From positions 31,806,001-31,870,000 of the forward strand of contig OZ024742.1 in NCBI GenBank assembly GCA_964016885.1: a stretch of DNA of 64,000 nt, in the 5' to 3' direction. Below, piece by piece: positions 53,010-64,000 of this stretch. The notes below the pieces were generated by a model. The model was given only the letters and a program-made list of their open reading frames with translations, ran no database searches and had not been told where the DNA came from. Positions within the stretch are counted from its first letter, which is position 1. Every line of letters starts with the position of its first letter. The stretch comes from Eledone cirrhosa. Its lineage: Eukaryota. A program made the translations under genes and the position numbers.

Positions 53010-54830
53010 GTATAGATATGGCGGTGTAGTGGTGTAGATATGGCGGTGTGGTGGTGTAGTGGTGTAGTGGTGTAGATATGGCGGTGTGGTGGTGTAGTGG
53101 TGTAGATATGGTGGTGTGGAGGTGTAGTGGTGTAGATATGGTGGTGTAGTGGTGTAGATATGGTGGTGTAGTGGTGTAGATATGGTGGTGTGGAGGTGTA
53201 GTGGTGTAGATTTGGCGGTGTAGTGATGTAGATATGGTGTAGATATGGCAGTGTGGTGGTCTAGATATGGCGGTGTAGTGGTGTAGATATGGCGGTGTGG
53301 TGGTGTAGTGGTGTAGATATGGTGGTGTGGTGGTGTAGTGGTGTAGATATGGTGGTGTAGTGGTGTAGATATGGTGGTGTAGTGGTGTAGATATGGTGGT
53401 GTGGAGGTGTAGTGGTGTAGATATGGCGGTGTAGTGGTGTGGTGTTATGGTGTAGATATGGCAGTGTGGTGGTCTAGATATGGCGGTGTGGTGGTGTAGT
53501 GGTGTAGATATGGTGGTGTAGTGGTGTAGATATGGCGGTGTGGTGGTGTAGTGGTGTAGATGTGGTGGTGTTGTGTTGTAGATATGGCAGTGTGGTGGTC
53601 TAGATATGGCGGTGTGGTGGTGTAGTGGTGTAGATATGGCAGTGTGGTGGTATAGATATGGTGGTGTAGTGGTGTAGATATGGCAGTGTGGTGGTATAGA
53701 TATGGTGGTGTAGTGGTGTAGATATGGCAGTGTGGTGGTATAGATATGGGGGTGTAGAGGTGTACATATGGCAGTGTGGTGGTATAGATATGGTGGTGTG
53801 GTGGTGTAGATATGGCGGTGTGGTGGTGGTATAGATATGGTGGTGTAGTGGTATAGATATGGTGGTGTGGTGGTGTAGAGATGGCGGTGTGGTGGTGTTG
53901 TGGTATAGATATAGTGGTGTAGATATGGCAGTGTGGTGATGTAGATATGGCGGTGTGGTGGTGTAGATATGGCGGTGTGGTGATGTAGATATGGCGGTGT
54001 GGTGGTGTAGTGGTATAGATATGGTGGTGTGGTGGTGTAGAGATGGCAGTGTGGTGGTGTACAGATGGCAGTGTGGTGGTGTTGTGGTATAGATATAGTG
54101 GTGTAGATATGGCGGTGTGGTGGTGTAGATATGGCAGTGTGGTGATGTAGATATGGCGGTGTGGTGGTGTAGATATGGCGGTGTGGTGATGTAGATATGG
54201 CGGTGTGGTGGTGTAGTGGTATAGATATGGTGGTGTGGTGGTGTACAGATGGCAGTGTGGTGGTGTACAGATGGCAGTGTGGTGGTGTTGTGGTATAGAT
54301 ATAGTGGTGTAGATATGGCGGTGTGGTGGTGTAGATATGGTGGTGTGGTGGTGTAGATATGGCAGTGTGGTGATGTAGATGTTGTGGTGTAGTGGTATAG
54401 ATATGGCAGTGTGGTGGTGTAGTGGTGTAGATATGGCAGGGTGGTGGTGTAGTGGTGTAGATATGACGGTGTGGTGGTGTTGTGGTATAGATATGGCGGT
54501 GTGGTGGTGTGGTGGTGTAGATATGGTGGTGTAGTGGTGTAGATATGGAGGTGTAGTGGTGTAGTGGTGTAGTGGTACAGATATGATGGTGTGGTTGTGT
54601 AGTGGTGTAGATATGGCAGTGTAGTGGTGTAGATATGGTGGTGTGGTGGTGTAGATATGGCGGTGTGGTGGTGTAGGGATGGTGGTGTAGAGATGGCGGT
54701 GTGGTGGTGTAGGGATGGTGGTGTGGTGGTGTAGAGATGGCGGTGTGGTGCTCCAGATATGGTGGTGTGGTGGTCTAGATATGGTGGTGTAGTGGTGTAG
54801 ATATGGTGGTGTGGTGGTGTAGTGGTATAG
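53010..54830. repeat. GT-rich degenerate minisatellite (gtggtgtagatatggcggt)
   Basis: Direct inspection. Confidence 0.9.
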
Positions 54831-54869
54831 GGATAGCTTTGTGGTTAAGGAGTTCACTTTGTATAGTAT

Positions 54870-57800
54870 AAGTGAAGGTATGGCTGTGTTGTTAAGGTGT
54901 TTGCTATATGTGAAGGTATGGCTGTGTTGTTAAGGTGTTTGCCATAGGTGAAGGTATGGCTGTGTTGTTAAGGTGTTTGCTATAGGTGAAGGTATGGCTG
55001 TGTTGTTAAGGTGTTTGCTATAGGTGAAGGTATGGCTGTGTTGTTAGGTGTTTGCTATATGTGAAGGTATGGCTGTGTTGTTAAGGTGTTTGCTATATGT
55101 GATGGTATGGCTGTGTTACGGTGTTTGCTATATGTGAAGGTATGGTTGTGTTGTTAAGGTGTTCGCTATAGGTGAAGGTATGGCTGGTGTTGTTAAGGTG
55201 TTTGCTATATGTGAAGGTATGGCTGTGTTGTTAAGGTGTTTGCTATATGTGATGGTATGGCTGTGTTGTTAAGGTGTTTGCTATAGGTGAAGGTATGGCT
55301 GTGTTGTTAAGGTGTTTGCTATATGTGATGGTATGGCTGTGTTGTTAAGGTGTTTGCTATAGGTGAAGGTATGGCTGTGTTGTTAAGGTGTTTGCTATAT
55401 GTGAAGGTATGGCTGTGTTGTTAAGGTGTTTGCTATATGTGAAGGTATGGCTGTGTTGTTAAGGTGTTTGCTATATGTGAAGGTATGGCTGTGTTGTTAA
55501 GGTGTTTGCTATAGGTGAAGGTATGGCTGTGTTGTTAAGGTGTTTGCTATATGTGAAGGTATGGCTGTGTTGTTAATGTGTTTACTATAGGTGAAGGTAT
55601 GGCTGTGTTGTTAAGGTGTTTGCTATAGGTGAAGGTATAGCTGTGTTGTTAAGGTGTTTGCTATATGTGAAGGTATGGCTGTGTTAAAGTGTTTACTATC
55701 GGTGAAGGTATGGCTGTGTTGTTAACGTGTTTGCTATATGTGAAGGTATGGCTGTGTTGTTAAGGTGTTTGCTATATGTGAAAGTATGGCTGTGTTGTTA
55801 AGGTGTTTGCTATAGGTGAAGGTATGGCTGTGTTGTTAAGGTGTTTGCTATAGGTGAAGGTATGGCTGTTATTAAGGTGTTTGCTATATGTGAAGGTATA
55901 GCTGTGTTGTTAAGGTGTTTGCTATATGTGAAGGTATAGCTGTGTTGTTAAGGTGTTTGCTATAGGTGAAGGTATGGCTGTTTTGTTAGGTGTTTGCTAT
56001 AGGTGATGGTAAGGCTTGGTTGTTAAGGTGTGTGCTATATGTGATGGTATGGCTGTGTTGTTAAGGTGTTTGCTATATGAGAAGGATTGGTTGTGTTGTT
56101 AAGGTGTTTGCTATATGTGAAGGATTGGTTGTGTTGTTAAGGTGTTTGCTATAGGTGAAGGTATGGCTGTGTTATTAAGGTGTTTGCTATAGGTGAAGGT
56201 ATGGCTGTGTTGTTAAGGTGTTTGCTATAGGTGAAGGTATGGTTGTGTTGTTAAGGTGTTTGCTATAGGTGAAGGTATGGCTGTGTTATTAAGGTGTTTG
56301 CTATAGGTGAAGGTATGGCTGTGTTGTTAAGGTGTTTGCTATAGGTGAAGGTATGACTGTGTTGTTAAGGTGTTTGCTATAGGTGAAGGCATGGCTGTGT
56401 TGTTAAGGTGTTTGCTATATGTGAAGGTATGGCTGTGTTGTTAAGGTGTTTGCTATAGGTGAAGGTATGGCTGTGTTGTTAAGGTGTTTGCTATAGGTGA
56501 AGGTATGGCTGTGTTGTTAAGGTGTTTGCTATAGGTGAAGGTATGACTGTGTTTTTAAGGTGTTTGCTATAGGTGAAGGTATGGCTGTGTTGTTAAGGTG
56601 TTTGCTATATGTGAAGGTATGGCTGTGTTGTTAAGGTGTTTGCTATAGGTGAAGGTATGGCTGTGTTGTTAAGGTGTTTGCTATAGGTGAAGGTATGACT
56701 GTGTTGTTAAGGTGTTTGCTATATGTGAAGGTATGGCTGTGTTGTTAAGGTGTTTGCTATATGTGAAGGATTGGTTGTGTTGTTAAGGTGTTTGCCATAG
56801 GTGAAGGATTGGTTGTGTTGTTAAGGTGTTTGCTATAGGTGAAGGTATGGTTGTGTTGTTAAGGTGTTGGCTATAGGTGAAGGTATGGCTGTGTTGTTAA
56901 GGTGTTTGCTATAGGTGAAGGTATGGTTGTGTTGTTAAGGTGTTGGCTATAGGTGAAGGTATGGCTGTGTTATTAAGGTGTTTGCTATATGTGATGGTAT
57001 GGCTGTGTTGTTAAGGTGTTTGCTATAGGTGAAGGTATGGCTGTGTTGTTAAGGTGTTTGCTATAGGTGAAGGTATGGCTGTGTTGTTAAGGTGTTTGCT
57101 ATATGTGAAGGTATGGCTGTGTTGTTAAGGTGTTTGCTATAGGTGAAAGTATGGTTGTTGTTAAGGTGTTTGCTATATGTGAAGGTATGGCTGTGTTGTT
57201 AAGGTGTTTGCTATAGGTGAAGTTATGGCTGTGTTGTTAAGGTGTTTGCTATAGGTGAAGGTATGGTTGAGTTGTTAAGGTGTTTGCTATAGGTGAAGGT
57301 ATGGCTTTGTTGTTAAGGTGTTTGCTATAGGTGAAGGTATGGCTGTGTTGTTAAGGTGTTTGCTATAGGTGAAGGTATGGTTGTGTTGTTAAGGTGTTTG
57401 CTATATGTGAAGGTATGACTGTGTTGTTAAGGTGTTTCCTATAGGTGAAGGTATGGCTGTGTCGTTAAGGTGTTTGCTATAGGTGAAGGTATGGTTGTGT
57501 TGTTAAGGTGTTTGCTATATGTGAAGGTATGGCTGTGTTGTTAAGGTGTTTGCTATAGGTGAAGGTATGGCTGTGTTGTTAAGGTGTTTGCTATATGTGA
57601 AGGTATGGCTGTGTTGTTAATGTGTTTACTATAGGTGAAGGTATGGCTGTGTTGTTAAGGTGTTTGCTATAGGTGAAGGTATAGCTGTGTTGTTAAGGTG
57701 TTTGCTATATGTGAAGGTATGGCTGTGTTAAGGTGTTTACTATCGGTGAAGGTATGGCTGTGTTGTTAACGTGTTTGCTATATGTGAAGGTATGGCTGTG

Positions 57801-57975
57801 TTGTTAAGGTGTTTGCTATATGTGAAAGTATGGCTGTGTTGTTAAGGTGTTTGATATATGTGATGGTATGGCTGTGTTGTTAAGGTGTTTGCTATATGTG
57901 AAGGTATGGCTGTGTTGTTAAGGTGTTTGCTATAGGTGAAGGTATGGCTGTGTTGTTAAGGTGTTTGCTATAGGT
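54870..57975. repeat. 38-bp minisatellite, about 80 copies
   Basis: Unit ataggtgaaggtatggctgtgttgttaaggtgtttgct. Confidence 0.95.
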
Positions 57976-58454
57976 AAAATTAACTCAGTAGACTACAGGA
58001 ACCTATGTCACGCTAAACCACACCACTTCCTTCTTAAAGACACATTGATAAAATTACTAGACCATCACCCCCACCCCCACCTCCACCCCACTATGCCTAC
58101 CTGCCATACAGGTGAGGATTTACTTGGTCAAACAATAATATGGAGGTTTCCTTGTTGTTTTGTGTTGTTGCTATTGATGTTGAACATTTTTTGAAAAAAA
58201 AAAATTTTGTGAAAATTTCTGAAGAAAATTTAATTTCGAAAAAAGACGAAAATTTCAGAAAATGTTTTTGTTTTTTTTATTTTTAAGACAATTTTTTGAA
58301 AAAGTTTTTAAAATAAATTTTGGGGAAAATATTTGTTATTGTTGATATTGTTATTATTGCAGTGATGACAACAATGATGATGATGATAATTTGATAAAAT
58401 AGATAAAATATTTCAATTATATTTTACTCATTCTTTTTTTTATTATTATTCTAG

Positions 58455-58553
58455 AATGGCTGCACCCCGCTCCATCTTGCCTGCAACCGACACCATGTCC
58501 AAATAGCTCTGCTGTTGATACATAAAGGCTGTGATCTAGATACCACAGATTTG
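58455..58553 (+). CDS. DAPK1: DAPK ankyrin-repeat exon (NGCTPLHLACNRHHVQIALLLIHKGCDLDTTDL)
   Basis: tctag|...|gtatg, 99 bp. Confidence 0.92.
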
Positions 58554-58807
58554 GTATGTTTGCTCCTTTAACAATCCTATCTTTTTTATCACTGTTTTCT
58601 TAAGACATTGGCAGTAAATTGACAGTCGTTAGGGTTTGGGGTTGCACCTGATTTCCCCCCTCCATACACACGCACACATGTATTTCATGACTCATACACT
58701 GTTCATTTTCCTGATATCTGAACATACTCTATGTACTATACATGCACTTTTGATGAGTTGTAGTACACCTGAGCACTATACAAAATAATCTTATTATTAT
58801 TTTTATT

Positions 58808-59057
58808 TAATGAAAGACACTGCCTGTATCAGTCACCCTTTCATTACCATATTTCTAATGTAAGACACTGTCTATGTCATTAATCCTTTCATTACCATAT
58901 TTCTAATGTAAGACACTGTCTATGTCATTAATCCTTTCATTACCATATTTCTAATGAAAGACACTGTCTATGTCATTAATCCTTTCATTACCATATTTCT
59001 AATGTAAGACACTGTCTATGTCATTAATCCTTTCATTACCATATTTCTAATGAAAGA
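58808..59057. repeat. 48-bp minisatellite (same family), about 5 copies
   Basis: Same unit. Confidence 0.9.
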
Positions 59058-59069
59058 GGATTTTAACTT

Positions 59070-59490
59070 AAACATTGAAGCTCCGATGTCTGGCTATGGA
59101 CTTGGTGAATACCCACAAAGTTATTAACCATCTCGCCAATTGCAACCCTGAGCACCTTTTTGATCTCCATGTGTCTAACACACGTGGACATGCCTACAAA
59201 ATCAGAAAACAGCACAGCTCCCATGACTTTCGTAGACATTTTTTCACGCTCAGAGTTGCTGAAGCATGGAACAAACTGCCTGCGTCAATTGTTAGCTGCC
59301 GAGACACTGCATCCTTTAAGACACTCATGCTTCCCGAAATACGCCAAAACTACACCTGATGTACCCCTTCCATACACATGCACACATGTGTGTATCATGA
59401 CTCGTGCACTGTTCATTTTCCTGATGTTTGTGCATTGCCCTATGTACTGTACATGCACTTTTTGATGAGTTGTGGTGCACCTGGGCACTA
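59070..59490 (+). mobile_element. CR1/L2-like LINE 3' fragment (further tails at 58645-58800 and 59697-59825)
   Basis: NTRGHAYKI...RRHFFTLRVAEAWNKLP motif; (ATT)n tails on the related copies. Confidence 0.82.
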
Positions 59491-59496
59491 CACAAT

Positions 59497-59673
59497 GGAT
59501 TGGCAGTATCGGTAGAGGGTCGGACGCCATGCTTTCCAGCATAGTTACGTCCCTTTACGATCTGAGTTCAAATCCCGCCGAGGTTGACTTTGCCTTTCAT
59601 CCTTACGGGGTCGATAAAATAAAGTACCAGTAATGCACTGGGTAATTGCTGGCCTTGTGCCTAAAGTAGAAAC
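59497..59673 (+). mobile_element. SINE family B, between two CR1-like LINE tails
   Basis: ggattggcagtatcggtagag...gagttcaaatccc head plus core. Confidence 0.78.
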
Positions 59674-60099
59674 AATTATTATTATTATTATTATTATATC
59701 ATGACTCATACACTGTTCATTTTCCTGACATTTGTACATTATTCTATGTACTATACATGCACCTTTGATGAGTTGTAGTGCACCTGAGCACTGTACACAA
59801 TAATTTCATTATTATTATTATTATCATTATTATATGAACTCTTTGAAACAAACAACTTTATATCATAAAACCAGGGTGGGTTAAATTGACCATATCCTTA
59901 GTCCCCTTAAATTTGAGACATTGTGTTAAATTGACCATATCCCTATTCCCCTTAAATTTGAGACATTGTGCTAAATTACCCTATCCCTAGTCATCAACCC
60001 GTCTAACCCATGCTTGCGTGGAAGAATGGACATAAAACGGTGATGATGATGTTATTGTTGTGATATATTTCTCAAGTCTTATTGCTGTCTTCATTACAG

Positions 60100-60201
60100 G
60101 AAACTGGAGAGAATGCATTACATATTGCTGCCAGAAATGGTTTAGTTCCAGTTGTACAGGCAATGTGTGCTTATGGTTGTGTTGTGGATATGACTAACAG
60201 G
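60100..60201 (+). CDS. DAPK1: DAPK ankyrin-repeat exon (ETGENALHIAARNGLVPVVQAMCAYGCVVDMTNR)
   Basis: tacag|...|gtcag, 102 bp, phase 0/0. Confidence 0.92.
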
Positions 60202-61488
60202 GTCAGTACAACAGTCTCTCTCTCTCTCTCACTTTGTCACTGTCTCTGTCTGGCATTCTGTCACTGTCTGTGGGTGTGTCTGTCTGTCACTCAATTACTG
60301 TCTCTCTGCCACTGTATGTCGGTGCATGTGTCTGTCTGTCTGTCACTCTATATATATATGTATGCCACTGTCTGTTAGTATGTGTATCTGTATGTATGTC
60401 ACTGTCTGTCACTCTATATATATGTATGTCATTCTGTCTGTTTCTCTGTCGTTTCTCTATCTCCATATAATATTACACAAACACACACACAGACACGTGT
60501 TTTTATACTGATGCATACTTGTACTTACACATACACACATACTGGCATATACATATTCCCCCACACATATAGAAGCACTCATGTACACTCTCAGGAAGGG
60601 CATCCAGCCGTAGAAAACCTGCCAGATATGAGCGAATCATGGTCACCTAACCAACCTTGCCTCAAGTGGGACAATTCCCGTCTAACCCAGGCTAGCGTGG
60701 AAGATGGACGTTAAACGATGATGATGATGATGATTTCCCCCCCCCCCCCCCCCACATATGCAAGCACTCATGCACCTTAACACTCAGACATACTTACATA
60801 CCCACACACCCTTTCTTCTCTGTCTCTATCACCCACCCTTTCTCACATTCTTTCCCTACCATAATCTTTAGCCCAAAGCTAAACACTTCTTTTTCTCTCT
60901 CTCTCTCTATATATATAAGTTATCAGACTTGATTGCTTGTGTTGTTGTTGTTGGGTTATAGCTAATACCATTATTAGGATAATTGGACTGGCTGTAGAAC
61001 ACATACACACACACAATCTCTCACTCACACAAACACACATGCAGAGAACAAATGGAGATATTTTAGTGCCACCTGTCTTATAAAATATCTCACCTTAATC
61101 TTCTCACTATTCTCAACATTCCTATTGCCATCACCTTATCAAACCCAGGTGAGGTATTTCATTGGAAAGGGGGCTGATGTGACTATATATACTTCCCTGC
61201 TGGTGACACAGAGTGGCCATAAGGTTAGGAAGTTCACTTCACAACCATAACGTCCTGTGTGTGATTCCTACATAAGTAACATCATCATCACCGTTTAATA
61301 TCCATTTTTCCATGCTAGCATGGGTAGATGAGTTGTCCCATTGTGAGACAAGCCAGATCAGATGACCATATCTTGCTTATACAGAACTATTTCTGGTTTG
61401 ATTTCTATGGCTGGATGCCCTTCTTAAGACCAACTACATATATGTTTATTCCACTGTAATATTTCTGTCTATTATTGTCCCTTGCCAG

Positions 61489-61587
61489 GCTGGAGCAACA
61501 GCTCTACATTTATCCAGTAAGGCTGGTCATATTGAGATAGTCAGATGTCTGCTACTGTCAGAAGCAAATGCTGATGCCAAAAATAAG
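61489..61587 (+). CDS. DAPK1: DAPK ankyrin-repeat exon (AGATALHLSSKAGHIEIVRCLLLSEANADAKNK)
   Basis: gccag|...|gtaac, 99 bp. Confidence 0.92.
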
Positions 61588-61826
61588 GTAACTTTTATAT
61601 TCCATATTTGTTTTTCTCATTTGATATTCCTTGAATTCTTAAAGTCCTGTACCACATAAGCCACATTAGTAAGACATTCTTGAAATGTCTTAACCACACA
61701 ATGATTTTATCACATTAAACTTTTTCAAATCTTTGCTTTAGTTTTTTTATCAAATTTTCACAATGATTTGTCCATTAGTAAAGGTACAATAAATATTTGG
61801 ATTAACAAATTCGTTTTGATTTTTAT

Positions 61827-62040
61827 GGATTGGCAGAATCGGTAGAGCACCGGACAATATGCTTGATGGCATATAGTTACGTCCCTTTGCGTTCTGAGTT
61901 CAAATTCCCCAAGGTTAAGCTTTATCTTTCATCCTTACGAGGTCGATAAAATAAAGTACCATTAATGCACTGAGGTCGATTTAATCGCCCCCCCCCCCCC
62001 CAAAAAAAAATTGCTGGCCTTGTGCCTAAATCAGAAACAG
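61827..62040 (+). mobile_element. SINE family B
   Basis: Head plus core. Confidence 0.78.
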
Positions 62041-62153
62041 TTATTTTCTGATAATTCATTACAAGATGTCAAGAGTTAATTTCTGATAACAGTAAATAGC
62101 AAACAAAGGAGAGAGATATTTCATGGTTTGTGTGTGTTTTTTTCTGTTGTAAG

Positions 62154-62231
62154 GATGGTGTTACTGCTGAAATAATGGCACTAGCTCAGGGTTATACAGA
62201 TGTTGCTGAACTGATGAATAAGGTCCATGGG
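62154..62231 (+). CDS. DAPK1: DAPK ankyrin C-cap exon (DGVTAEIMALAQGYTDVAELMNKVHG)
   Basis: gtaag| acceptor after a pyrimidine tract, |gtaag donor. Resembles DGKTAEDLARSEQHEHVAGLL. Confidence 0.88.
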
Positions 62232-62278
62232 GTAAGTTGAATATATTCAATCTTTTTCTCCAACATATAATTATTAAA

Positions 62279-62512
62279 CCCTTTTGATACCCAACTCACC
62301 TGAAATCACCCCTAGTTATATGATACTAACCTGTTTATTTTAAAGTGTTTATAGATATCTAAAAATCATAATTTAATGTAAGAACCTTTAAGTTATGTTC
62401 TAAACACTTATCTTAGTTATATTACTAAATCCTCCAAATTCTTGATTATTTTCAAAATTATTTGAAAGCCAAAGATGGTGTGTTTTTTATTAAAAATATA
62501 GTAATGAAAGGG
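62279..62512. mobile_element. Second TTAA-type MITE family, followed by a partial duplicate to about 62660
   Basis: taaa|cccttttgatac...gtaatgaaaggg|ttaa. Confidence 0.65.
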
Positions 62513-62723
62513 TTAAAGTGTTTATATTTATCTAAAATCCTTCCATCATAATTTTATATAAGAATCATTATGTTCCAAACACCAACTAAATAATGAGAAA
62601 GTTATTTATATTACTAAATCCCTTGACTAATTCTTGATTATTTTCAAAATTATTAGAAAGCTATTGTTGTTGCTGTTGTCATTTATTAATCATTGCTATC
62701 CCTTCCCCCCATCCTTTCCACAG

Positions 62724-62913
62724 GATCGAGTGACTGCTTTCATCCAACAACTCAATCTACAGAACCAAAACCTGTCTCGAATCAAGCTAAAAGTTCTTGG
62801 TTCCACTGCTGTTGGTAAATCTACCCTCATAGAATCTCTCAAGTGTGGTACCCTCTATAGTTTCTTTAGAGGTCGTCTCTTTAGTACGGGATCTTTGTCT
62901 GCCAGAGAGAAAA
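62724..62913 (+). CDS. DAPK1: DAPK ROC domain exon with P-loop (DRVTAFIQQL...RIKLKVLGSTAVGKSTLIESLKCG...)
   Basis: cacag| acceptor and GxxxxGKST motif. Matches DAPK1 FIQQL...RIKLKLFGHSGSGKTTLVESLKCG. The donor at 62914 (gtgtgt) is weak and was chosen for phase-1 compatibility with the next exon. Confidence 0.88.
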
Positions 62914-63291
62914 GTGTGTATATTCTCAGCACTTTCTACTTTATTACAGTTCAATACAATACAAATCAATATTATTTTTCCAATATTATGTCCCTTCATG
63001 TAAATTTCCTCGTGTTTGTGTTGTTTAGATTAAAAACAATGACACACCACTATACTACACTGCGCTACATCATACCATTACACTACACCACCACATCACA
63101 CAACACTACACACCACACTACACAACACTGACACACTACATCACACCACACTACACCACACCATGGACATACTACTCCACCACATACTAATTGGAACCCC
63201 TTTGATAGACCATTGTACTGAAGTGACAAACAATTCTATATAATTAATACAGAGATTTATTAAATTAAAATTCCTGTTTATATTCTTCCAG

Positions 63292-63399
63292 ACCGATCCC
63301 GTATGTTGCGACAGTACAGCTTACCAACACCACTTTGTTACTCAATTGGTAATCCTACTTATACTAAAGGAATTGACATCCAACAAGTACACATAAAAG
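63292..63399 (+). CDS. DAPK1: DAPK ROC domain exon (RSRMLRQYSLPTPLCYSIGNPTYTKGIDIQQVHIK)
   Basis: tccag|...|gtact, phase 1/1. TKGIDIQ matches DAPK1 TKAIDIQ (switch I). Confidence 0.88.
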
Positions 63400-63538
63400 G
63401 TACTTACCTCTCTCTCTCTCTCCCTTTCTATCCCCCTCTCTGTCTTCCTCTCCGTATCTCTCTCTCCCTCCCAGGCTCTATTTTTCTCTCTTTCACTCTC
63501 TCTCATACATACCACTATTCTTCTGTTTATTTCTCCAG

Positions 63539-63733
63539 GAATTGGCGACCTAAGTATCTGGGACTTCTCTGGGTACCAGCCCTACTATATGCTCTACGAC
63601 CATTTCTTAGGTGACCAAAACTGTGTCACTATCGTTGGATTTAGTCTGACTGATTCCTTTGATGAACAAATAGCCCAGGTGATGTTCTGGTTAAATTTTG
63701 TCAAATCCAGGGTTTGCCTACAACCTCCGCTTG
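63539..63733 (+). CDS. DAPK1: DAPK ROC domain exon (GIGDLSIWDFSGYQPYYMLYDHFLG...QVMFWLNFVKSRVCLQPPL); gene continues beyond the window
   Basis: tccag|...|gtaag. WDFSG switch II; matches GVGDFSVWEFSG...QVIFWLSFLKS. Confidence 0.92.
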
Positions 63734-64000
63734 GTAAGTTTACACCATCATTTTCCTTTAACCCTTTCATTAACTTCATCATTATCATCACCACTGTTAT
63801 CATCACCATCATCATCACTCATTGCCACCACCATCATCATCGTCATCACCACTGTTATCATCATCACCATCGCCACTGTCATCATCATCATCATCATTTT
63901 ATGAACCCCTCCTCCATCTCTGCAAGTGTTTTGTGGGTTATCACTGATGAACTCACCAACACATACATGCTTACATACACATAGACACATACATAAATAC

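Noticed and set aside
53445-54857. 470-aa His/Thr/Pro ORF
   Set aside because: Low-complexity minisatellite translation.

Overview
AT-rich, microsatellite-dense eukaryotic DNA. The SINE/LINE/MITE content suggests a coleoid cephalopod (octopod-like); this is an inference. One + strand gene spans the window: a death-associated protein kinase (DAPK1-like, ROCO family). I traced 13 exons between 30567 and 63733, encoding the ankyrin repeats and the start of the ROC GTPase domain. A further candidate exon at 3903-3998, preceded by a TATA box, could start a kinase-less isoform. The introns carry tRNA-derived SINEs, RTE/CR1/CRE LINE fragments, TTAA-type MITEs, Helitron-like elements, a Penelope-like GIY-YIG endonuclease remnant and many tandem arrays. 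The most striking hidden signal is about ten type I hammerhead ribozyme motifs from several families. Most sit in or beside fold-back (inverted-repeat) elements in (TA)n or (TA/CA)n tracts. One element looks like an exact ~386-nt circularly permuted monomer (retrozyme/circRNA-like), and three have their palindrome axis at the position of ribozyme stem II. All motifs were read by eye; no folding or database search was run.
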